Source of the DNA: Desulfurococcales archaeon
Lineage (GTDB): Archaea > Thermoproteota > Thermoprotei_A > Sulfolobales > WANQ01
Reading direction: 5' to 3'
Length of the DNA: 64,000 nt
Assembly: GCA_027030065.1 (NCBI GenBank)
Contig: JALVFK010000086.1
Span: 18,479-82,478 of the forward strand
Below, piece by piece: positions 56,664 to 64,000 of the stretch. A program made the position numbers and the translations under genes. Each line of letters opens with the position of its first letter. The stretch's first letter is position 1. The notes under the pieces were generated by a model. The model saw only the letters and a list, made by a program, of their open reading frames with translations. It made no database searches and had not been told where the DNA came from.

Positions 56664-57485
56664 TTGGTTAAAGTAAAGTTAATAGCATATAATAAACCAT
56701 TAACTGGTTCTAAGGATCCTAGAAGACTACCATTAATAGGCTTTAAGGTAAGTGTAGGAAAACTACACGATAACCCTATAGACTATTATCTATCGGATGA
56801 GTATCCGGAGGAAAAGATAGAACGCATCCTGTTATCAGCTGTAGAATTTCCCAGTATTCTCGAACACGTAACCTTTACTTTTCTAATAGAGGATGTATCA
56901 AGAGTATGTTCCCACCAGCTAGTTAGGCATAGACTTGTAAGCTTTACTCAGGAGAGCCAACGTTATAGTGAGTCATATATGAAGAAGGCTATTAAAAGGA
57001 TAGTTAATGGAGTGAATAGAGAAGATTTTTATAAGATGTATCGTGAGAAGAGAATCAGCGATATAATAGATTTATTCCTATCCGAGACCATAGACTCGGA
57101 GTGCAAGTGTATAAGAGAAGATTATTGTCAAATATTATTGGAGACCATTAACGAGGCTTTCATAATACCTGAGCAGATTAGTAGAGTAGATAGTATGTGT
57201 TTTGCAAGAGACTTATTGTTATCAATTAAAAGATACTACGAGCTAGTTGAAAAAGGAGTAAAATACGAGGATGCGAGATTCATTCTACCCCAAGCAATCA
57301 AGACCAGGCTGCTAGCCACATTAAACCTTAGAGAACTTCTCCACATGGCATGTCTTCGCCTAAGTCCTAAGGCACAGTGGGAGATTAGAGAAGTAGTTAG
57401 AAAAATGATAGAAGAGGTAAGAGAAATTATACCAGAGATAAATGATCTAATTAAAGGATACTGTAGTAAATATGGAGTCAGATAA
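56664..57485 (+). CDS. thyX: FAD-dependent thymidylate synthase
   Basis: ThyX motif 'SHQLVRHRLVSFTQESQRYS'. Confidence 0.85.
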   Translation: MVKVKLIAYNKPLTGSKDPRRLPLIGFKVSVGKLHDNPIDYYLSDEYPEEKIERILLSAVEFPSILEHVTFTFLIEDVSRVCSHQLVRHRLVSFTQESQRYSESYMKKAIKRIVNGVNREDFYKMYREKRISDIIDLFLSETIDSECKCIREDYCQILLETINEAFIIPEQISRVDSMCFARDLLLSIKRYYELVEKGVKYEDARFILPQAIKTRLLATLNLRELLHMACLRLSPKAQWEIREVVRKMIEEVREIIPEINDLIKGYCSKYGVR

Positions 57486-57504
57486 CCTAATGTGTAATTG
57501 AATC

Positions 57505-58914
57505 CTATGGTTTACTAGTAGTGTTCGTTGAAGAATACTTCTCCTCTAATGCTTGTATCTCTCTTAGAATCTGATCTGGTATTTTTGGCGGCTTTAACTT
57601 GACCCTAAAGAAGTGTTCTCTCAAGGGTATAGGTCTACTCGTCTTCAACACTGTTGAAAAGTACCTTGTAAATAGTGATGTTCTCTCATTACCTTTAAAT
57701 GATATAGAAACCCCCTTCATGTACATGGAACTCGCTTCAGTATAGTTATACTTTAACGGTGAGAGAGCTATATCCGATGATACAATAGTTATATTCAATG
57801 GGTAATATACTACTACACCCCTTTGTGTTAGAGGAGCATAATATATCATTGTTATATTCATTTTTGCAGTAGTATTATTTGATAGACCTGCGCACAACTC
57901 TATAGTACCATTATCTAGTAAGGTATCACTGCTATTGAATTCTATGTAGTCTGTCTCACTGTTTACTACGCTCCCATCACTGATATATATTGAGGAAGTA
58001 GATAGAGCATCATTTCTAGCATAAACATTAATCGTACCCACACTTCCACTATAACTATAAGAATCTAATCTAAGACCAAGCATATACGCTCCACTAAGAT
58101 CGTTTACACCCCAGACACTTCCACACCACGTATACTCATTACATGATACATTCAAGTGTATGTCGTCCAGAAGCACGTAGATGTCCGCACTACCGGGAGT
58201 CCAGAATGAGAATATCCTAACATAGTAGTTTACGAAAACTATAAACCCGTACTCTCCGGGACTATAGTTTTGGAGGATTGGTGAAACATCAACTGTGACT
58301 GGTGTCCACGAGATATTTGATAGTACGAGTATTGTTGTTGCATTGAGTAATTGTGCGTTACCGCTACTCCAGTTTAACAGATATATACCAATAGTTATAA
58401 CGGCGTATGCTATTATCGCGTTGTAATATCTCATGTATATAGCGTAGGCGTAGGAGAGATTAGCTGATTGCAGACTATTACATGGATAAGAAACATTCTC
58501 AAACAATGTATTATTACTATAAAATCTATCTGGGACACCTATTGCTGCAAGACCGACGAAGCCCCAAGTCATATATCCCGAAGCATTAAACCAGTAACCC
58601 CTTAAGTAGCCCCCACCCGCACTGCCATCGTCATCATATTCTGCGTACCACCATGCACCAAAACCAGTTGCGAAGTCTCCGTTTCTCACAATATCAATAA
58701 TGCTATTGGTTGCAACGATTCTAGCAGTACCCGAAGTTCCATTGGGTCCAACACTCGAGCCACTCGCTTTAGGTGATAGTATTATAGGTGGACTTATACT
58801 TATGATTCTTCCAATGATAGGGTAGACTATAATACTGCTAGCAATACTTGTTACCACACTTAAGCCAAACAATAATACTACTATTATTGCGAGTAGCCGC
58901 GTTCTAGTAGTCAT
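57505..58914 (-). CDS. secreted/anchored hypothetical glycoprotein
   Basis: N-terminal 'TRTRLLAIIVVLLFGLSVVTSIASSIIV', a beta-rich body with many N-x-S/T sequons, and a basic C-terminus. Confidence 0.55.
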   Translation of the reverse strand: MTTRTRLLAIIVVLLFGLSVVTSIASSIIVYPIIGRIISISPPIILSPKASGSSVGPNGTSGTARIVATNSIIDIVRNGDFATGFGAWWYAEYDDDGSAGGGYLRGYWFNASGYMTWGFVGLAAIGVPDRFYSNNTLFENVSYPCNSLQSANLSYAYAIYMRYYNAIIAYAVITIGIYLLNWSSGNAQLLNATTILVLSNISWTPVTVDVSPILQNYSPGEYGFIVFVNYYVRIFSFWTPGSADIYVLLDDIHLNVSCNEYTWCGSVWGVNDLSGAYMLGLRLDSYSYSGSVGTINVYARNDALSTSSIYISDGSVVNSETDYIEFNSSDTLLDNGTIELCAGLSNNTTAKMNITMIYYAPLTQRGVVVYYPLNITIVSSDIALSPLKYNYTEASSMYMKGVSISFKGNERTSLFTRYFSTVLKTSRPIPLREHFFRVKLKPPKIPDQILREIQALEEKYSSTNTTSKP

Positions 58915-58974
58915 TATCTCCAGTGCCTAACTCTGTCTTATAAATATATTTTACATTGTTAGAATGTTTAAATG

Positions 58975-59559
58975 TTACTCCAAACGGGTAATAATTATCC
59001 GCCAATAGGACACAGTATTATATGATAGGTTGTATACGGCCAGTAGAATGTATGTTGTTAACATGTAGTTGCAGACAATAATGTTTGGAACAACAATATA
59101 TGTTAGCAATATGATTGTTAGAAATATAATCCGATCGGAACGCTCCATAACACTAGTCTCTTTATCTACACTAAGTCCTACACTTCGTGCACGAGCACTC
59201 ATATAGGGTATTATCAATGTTAGAGCTAATGCAACAAGAACTAGAAGATCATTTAAACTAATAAATAATAATCCTATAACATATAATGAATCCTCCATTC
59301 TATCCACTACAGAGTCTATAAAAGCTCCAAAACGTGTTGGAGTATAAACAAGTCTCGCAGACAATCCATCCAATACATCCATAAGTCCCGATAACAACAG
59401 CAATAATAGTGCGGGAATTAGGAGCTTATAATACATTGCTATGAAATAGAAGGACGAAAATACTAGTCCTAAGAACGTGTAATAAACAGGCTTTAACTTG
59501 AAAAATAATACTACTCTTGCAAAGAGTACTGAAATCCTTGAACGCAACCTAGACAACAA
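58975..59559 (-). CDS. CDP-alcohol phosphatidyltransferase
   Basis: Exact D-x2-D-G-x2-A-R-x8-G-x3-D-x3-D motif: 'DVLDGLSARLVYTPTRFGAFIDSVVD'. Confidence 0.85.
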   Translation of the reverse strand: MLSRLRSRISVLFARVVLFFKLKPVYYTFLGLVFSSFYFIAMYYKLLIPALLLLLLSGLMDVLDGLSARLVYTPTRFGAFIDSVVDRMEDSLYVIGLLFISLNDLLVLVALALTLIIPYMSARARSVGLSVDKETSVMERSDRIIFLTIILLTYIVVPNIIVCNYMLTTYILLAVYNLSYNTVSYWRIIITRLE

Positions 59560-59571
59560 TAATCATCACTT

Positions 59572-60336
59572 TTAAGAATAGAGTTTTCTAGCAACGTCAA
59601 CTGCGCGGGGTATCCAGGCTTTCCGCCGTAAGGCCTCCTTAATTACTTCTTCTAATACTTTAATCCTAGCTCCACGCCCAATATACTGGGGATGAAAGGT
59701 TAGCGATAGATATCCTTTCCTCTTATGAGCGTATTCTATTTCCTCAAGCCACATGTCTAGTACTTCGCGGGGGGTTAAACGCTCCATCTCTAAGAGAGGC
59801 CAATCATCAAGGCGCCAGTCAACTGGTAGCTCTACGATAATATTACCGTCTAGTCTAATAGTGTAGGGGTCATCTGAATCCATGAGGCTGCTATCGTAGA
59901 CATAGCCTCTTGAAGCGAGAATACTTAGAGTACGTGGACTAAACCTCCAGTATGGAGCGCGAAATCCAAGAGGCCTACTACCCACAGCATTCTGAATATG
60001 CCGTTCCATTAACTCGATAACGCGTAGCTCCTCACCTGATGGTAGTTCATCAAATCGTTCATGCATATAGCCGTGGCCTGCTATCTCGTGACCCCTATTA
60101 GTGATGTCTGCGATAATACGTGGATAGTTCTCAGCAACCCAGCCTGGCACAAAGAATGTTACTCTAAGCCCATACTTGTCTAATAGTTCTAGTACTCTCC
60201 AAATACCTACTCTTGCACCATAACGTCCCCTACTAATAGCAACTGGATCAGAACCCTTCCATACCTCAGCGCTTTCCGAGTCAAAATCAAAGCTTAATAA
60301 TAGAGTAAACTCGTATCCACTAGGTTGAAGACTCAA
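59572..60336 (-). CDS. polysaccharide deacetylase (CE4 family)
   Basis: 'LLSFDFDSE', 'TFFVPG' and 'GHEIAGHGYMHE' metal/active-site motifs. Confidence 0.8.
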   Translation of the reverse strand: MSLQPSGYEFTLLLSFDFDSESAEVWKGSDPVAISRGRYGARVGIWRVLELLDKYGLRVTFFVPGWVAENYPRIIADITNRGHEIAGHGYMHERFDELPSGEELRVIELMERHIQNAVGSRPLGFRAPYWRFSPRTLSILASRGYVYDSSLMDSDDPYTIRLDGNIIVELPVDWRLDDWPLLEMERLTPREVLDMWLEEIEYAHKRKGYLSLTFHPQYIGRGARIKVLEEVIKEALRRKAWIPRAVDVARKLYS

Positions 60337-60478
60337 TATATTCTACCTCTCCAGAGAGATCATTAGTCTTCCATCTACTAGTTCTAGAGGGATTTTAGAT
60401 AAATAAGGTGTACCCTATAATGGGGGAATATGTGGTCTTATATTCTTAGTACGCTGTGGTTGTTGAAACTATTCCTAA

Positions 60479-62098
60479 TTAACCGGCAATGTCCATTGAA
60501 GTGATTATTCGTGTTAGAAGCTTTAAGCCTATTCTATGGATCACGTAGGCTACTAGAATGCTAATTAACGAGAGGTATATGGTGCTGGTTAACGTTAACT
60601 TATATGATATTATTGTGAAGGCAAAGGTGTCTGCAATAAAGAACAGTGTGAGGAGAGACCATAAGAGCATCATTACTACGTCTTCTACAACGTATAGTCC
60701 CACAACGCTTGTCTTTACAACTCTTCTCCTGGAAGCAAACCTTAATGCTACTGCTAAGACTATGGGTGCAGTGATAACGATTAATGGGAGAACTACTATA
60801 GGTGTTGCTATTAATATATAGTTGTCAAGCAATATGGCATTGATCAATCCTATCATGGTGAAGGCTTCTAATAAGTTAATATAGTATTTGAGTAGGAGTA
60901 CTCTAGCATATGGTTTCTGGTCACGCAGGTACACTCTATAGATCCAGAGATAGGCTAGGTCTTGAGCTAACAATATGTTTACTAAACCACTGGCAATCAT
61001 CGATACTATGAAGGGTGTTATAAACATAGTAATATATTCTAGACTCCCCACATCCATATTCTTCAAGAAGAGTATTCTAGCAAGATAAGCTCCTATACCC
61101 CCTAATGCCATTAATGCTATTGATAACAATACGCGCTGGCTATTATAGAGTTCAACACCTATAATGTACTTAAACAAGGATTTCTCAGGATTACTATTCC
61201 ATAAGTCTATTTTCTTCCTAGGCCTCATACTCCATATAAGCTTCTCCTTAGCGATATGGTAGAGAGGCCTAATATTCTCCGGATATATTCTTCCTCCCAG
61301 GAAGGTTATAGTAACCGAAAGTCCAGCTAATATAACAATTATCCATAGGATCCAATAAGCTATTCCAAAAATATCAACACTAGTAGAGAAGCAATAGAGT
61401 ATGGCATTGAAAGTAGGTTGAAACATCCATGTAAGTATAGGTGAAGGATACCATCGGGCAACAGTGTCAATTAAACCTATTAGAACATATAGGGTTAGGG
61501 TCAAGTCTACTATTCTCTCATAACCTTTTCTGCTGGCTAAAGCTACTCTCACAACATCTGCTAATAGCCTAGATAAGGGGAAAATCGCTAAGCTAATACC
61601 AAGTATTAGTGGGGCAACTATTGCTTTAATTACATCACCCGTAAATATTGCTACAATAGGTATAACGGTAATGTATAGAATAGAATACAATGTATACTGC
61701 ATGGCAATCGATAAAGATTTACCTGCAAAATAGCTTCTAAGACTAATGGGTTGACTCAATAATATCTCGTACTCTGCTTCCTCTGCTACCACAACAAACA
61801 TTCCACCTTTAACAACCGTATAGTATACGGTTAGAAAGGCTACTAAGCTTAGTATAGCTGAGATATCACTAAGCCCTAGCCCTAGCTCTCCTAGAATATT
61901 CTTCACACTTCCTACGATACTCTCCTCTACTACTTCACGTGGCTTAAAAGATACTATTATCGTAAATACTAGTAGGAGCATGATCAATCCTATAAATAAG
62001 TACCTATACTTTTTCACAAAGGGGTTCCACACATAATTCTTAACAAGATATAATGCTATAACAGTAGCCTTAGACACTCTCCTCGGCTCCCTCTCCAA
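60479..62098 (-). CDS. large polytopic ABC-exporter membrane component
   Basis: 539 aa with 12 or more hydrophobic helices. Overlaps the upstream ATPase gene by 29 nt. Confidence 0.65.
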   Translation of the reverse strand: MEREPRRVSKATVIALYLVKNYVWNPFVKKYRYLFIGLIMLLLVFTIIVSFKPREVVEESIVGSVKNILGELGLGLSDISAILSLVAFLTVYYTVVKGGMFVVVAEEAEYEILLSQPISLRSYFAGKSLSIAMQYTLYSILYITVIPIVAIFTGDVIKAIVAPLILGISLAIFPLSRLLADVVRVALASRKGYERIVDLTLTLYVLIGLIDTVARWYPSPILTWMFQPTFNAILYCFSTSVDIFGIAYWILWIIVILAGLSVTITFLGGRIYPENIRPLYHIAKEKLIWSMRPRKKIDLWNSNPEKSLFKYIIGVELYNSQRVLLSIALMALGGIGAYLARILFLKNMDVGSLEYITMFITPFIVSMIASGLVNILLAQDLAYLWIYRVYLRDQKPYARVLLLKYYINLLEAFTMIGLINAILLDNYILIATPIVVLPLIVITAPIVLAVALRFASRRRVVKTSVVGLYVVEDVVMMLLWSLLTLFFIADTFAFTIISYKLTLTSTIYLSLISILVAYVIHRIGLKLLTRIITSMDIAG

Positions 62099-62867
62099 CT
62101 AGTTTAAGAAACACCTCCTCAAGAGACGCTTCACCACCGCCAAAAGCCTTTTTCTTCAATTCATCCAAATTGCCCTCAGCAATCAATACACCATTACTTA
62201 TAATTCCAACTCTTGTACAGAACCGTTCAACCATGTCGAGTAAGTGGCTTGAAACAATAGCTGTAGCACCCTTCTTTGTCAGTCTTCTAACCTCATCCTT
62301 AAACAATCGCTGAGATTCTGGATCCATACCAGCCATAGGCTCATCTAATAATAGTACTTTGGGCTTTACTATGAAGGATGCTATCGCTAAAACCTTCTGC
62401 AACATACCCCTTGAAAGCGATGCAATAAGTTCCCCCCTCTTACTATGTAGGCCAAAATATTCTAAGTAGTAGTTCATAGATTCGACTAGTTCGCCTCTAG
62501 GAATACCCCTCAACGCGCCTATAAACTCGAGAAATTCCTCAATAGTAAGATTTTGAAACACTAAAGGATTCTCCGGAATATACCCGATACACTCAAGAGC
62601 CTTCTCCCGCTCATCAATAACATCATAGCCACATATCCTTGCAACTCCTTTATCAGGTTTCAAGAGTCCCGCCAGTATCTTTAAAGTAGTAGTTTTCCCA
62701 GCACCATTAGGGCCAAGCAAACCATATATTTCTCCAGGTCTTATCCTCAAAGTCAACCCGTTTAGAGCCCTAATACTCCCATAGCTCTTATACAAGTCTA
62801 AAGCCTCTACAATAAACGAGCTACCACCTACCTTGCCCATAGCCCTCATATACCCCATAGTAGACAA
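62070..62867 (-). CDS. ABC transporter ATPase (ABC-2/DrrA-like)
   Basis: 'GPNGAGKTT', 'LSRGMLQKV' and 'LLLDEPMAGMD'. Confidence 0.9.
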   Translation of the reverse strand: MSTMGYMRAMGKVGGSSFIVEALDLYKSYGSIRALNGLTLRIRPGEIYGLLGPNGAGKTTTLKILAGLLKPDKGVARICGYDVIDEREKALECIGYIPENPLVFQNLTIEEFLEFIGALRGIPRGELVESMNYYLEYFGLHSKRGELIASLSRGMLQKVLAIASFIVKPKVLLLDEPMAGMDPESQRLFKDEVRRLTKKGATAIVSSHLLDMVERFCTRVGIISNGVLIAEGNLDELKKKAFGGGEASLEEVFLKLVGEGAEESV

Positions 62868-63019
62868 GAACGATCACACAATAAGTTTTCCTCCCCAGAT
62901 AAGAGTTTCTAGAAAGTGTATGCCAGGGGGGTCGTGACCAGACGCCTCATCCAGCCGAGGGACTACTCGGCAGTAGGCGTCCCACATAAAACCTAGAAGA
63001 TACAGGGGTATAAGTTTAA

Positions 63020-63084
63020 TCAGCATCGGGGTGGATGGTCATAGCCCCTCTCAAATAGGGGCTCTAAACCTACCCTTTCATCAT
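63020..63084 (-). ncRNA. C/D box-like sRNA with helix inserted between D' and C'
   Basis: Minus strand: ATGATGA-aagggtaggtt-TAGA-GCCCCT-atttgag-AGGGGC-tat-GACCA-tccaccccgatg(12)-CTGA, 65 nt. GA / helix / 3-nt bulge / GA geometry. Confidence 0.4.
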
Positions 63085-63105
63085 TTCTCCTCCTATATGG
63101 GTTTA

Positions 63106-63912
63106 CTACATTCTTCCAACGGCTTTTACTCCATGCTTTCTTATATACTTCATTGTTTTCTTGAAGACTATTCTTGCTGAGAGGGCTAGGGCTAAAGCGA
63201 ATATTATTGATATTATGAGCTCGTTTGTTAGACCGAGATAGGGTTCTAAGCCTCTTACGCCGTATCTAACTATTTCTGCTGGGTGGGCATAGGGTATTGC
63301 TAGAGCTATCGGTCTTATCTGCTCGGGTAGATTGGCTATTGGGACAGCTAAACCTCCTAGTACGAAGGATATGAAGTTAGCTATATCAAGAATCGTGCCG
63401 GGTATACCTATTCTAAAAGATGCAGCAGATAATAGGAGCGCATATGATATCGTCATAGTAGCTAATAGTACTAAGCCTATGAGTACTATTAATGGATTAT
63501 ATACTATTAGGACTGAAGCACCGGCAAGTCCAGTGAAAACTAGGGCTACAAGTAGGCTTGCAGTAAGAGTTACAGATAACCCAGTTATAGCTCTCCCAAC
63601 TAGGACTGGGACAGGGCTGGTATTAGTTAATAAGTGTTCTTCTACTAGTCCCTGGGAGATAAAGAACCATGTCCACCCACCAATATACCATACGCTAGAT
63701 GCTAGAAACTGCCACATTATTATACCCCACAAGGCTATGGGCGCCATCTCACCCCACTTGCTTGACGGTATGAACATTAATGCGCCTAACACGAAGATAG
63801 TTAGCCATAATATTGTTGTTAGTATATTGTTTAGAAAACTAAACTTATACCTCCATAGCCTTAGGAAGTGCAACCATATTATAGCCCTAATCCTAATATC
63901 ATTTCTCATCAT
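63106..63912 (-). CDS. ABC-2 type transporter permease
   Basis: 268 aa with six TM helices in the typical ABC-2 layout. Its ATPase partner presumably starts beyond the right window edge. Confidence 0.75.
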   Translation of the reverse strand: MMRNDIRIRAIIWLHFLRLWRYKFSFLNNILTTILWLTIFVLGALMFIPSSKWGEMAPIALWGIIMWQFLASSVWYIGGWTWFFISQGLVEEHLLTNTSPVPVLVGRAITGLSVTLTASLLVALVFTGLAGASVLIVYNPLIVLIGLVLLATMTISYALLLSAASFRIGIPGTILDIANFISFVLGGLAVPIANLPEQIRPIALAIPYAHPAEIVRYGVRGLEPYLGLTNELIISIIFALALALSARIVFKKTMKYIRKHGVKAVGRM

Positions 63913-64000
63913 ATTACCCCGCTCTTCTTAACCATTTTCTCAGATGTTCCGAGAGCGAGACTAGCAGTACCGTTGTAGATTAGTGTTAGTATTATTAGAG

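Noticed and set aside
1-64000. Search for CRISPR arrays, tRNA/rRNA genes, transposases, integrases and att-like direct repeats
   Set aside because: No non-coding stretch exceeds about 290 nt. I saw no regularly spaced 24-37-nt repeats. T-arm-like strings occur only inside CDSs. No ORF has recombinase or transposase motifs. I cannot exclude short or degenerate elements without a computational repeat search.

Overview
This is a gene-dense 64-kb chromosomal segment with about 70 CDS and no non-coding gap longer than roughly 290 nt, from an AT-rich archaeon. The gene set includes TBP, archaeal PGK/GAPDH, DtdA, a NOG1-type GTPase, a CdvB/ESCRT-III-like protein, archaeal HMG-CoA synthase and reductase, and an Rnl3 RNA ligase. 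Together with I/K/E/V-rich proteins and GC-rich islands in AT-rich spacers, this suggests a hyperthermophilic Thermoprotei/TACK organism, Desulfurococcales-like (inference only). Most of the content is housekeeping: an Opp/Dpp-type ABC importer (3920-11883), a sugar ABC importer (24019-28771), the mevalonate entry enzymes, a pgk-gap operon, thyX, NAPRTase, an ADP-forming acetyl-CoA synthetase alpha subunit, a CPA2 antiporter, and two ABC-2 exporters beside envelope enzymes. I saw no rRNA, tRNA, CRISPR array, transposase or integrase. The most unusual locus lies at 18.7-23.9 kb. An orphan Cas6-like RAMP protein is preceded by a long imperfect hairpin and followed by a tricistronic cassette of extreme Trp/Gly/Arg/Tyr/Pro(/Gln) low-complexity proteins, the first about 21% Trp; the cassette is DUF5320-like. 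An Rnl3 RNA ligase, a C/D-like sRNA candidate, a HARP (protein-only RNase P) homolog and NOG1 come next. Other points of interest:
- a small palm-domain (GGDEF/Cas10-like) protein in a cassette with a methyltransferase and a radical SAM enzyme
- a 718-aa orphan gene that is a strong AT-rich compositional outlier, next to an RHH regulator
- two divergent JAMM/MPN+ proteins
- six C/D box sRNA candidates, two of them with a helix inserted between D' and C'
- a 72% G+C stem-loop of unknown class

All calls were made by eye from motifs. Start codons are approximate, and recalled family sequences are from memory.
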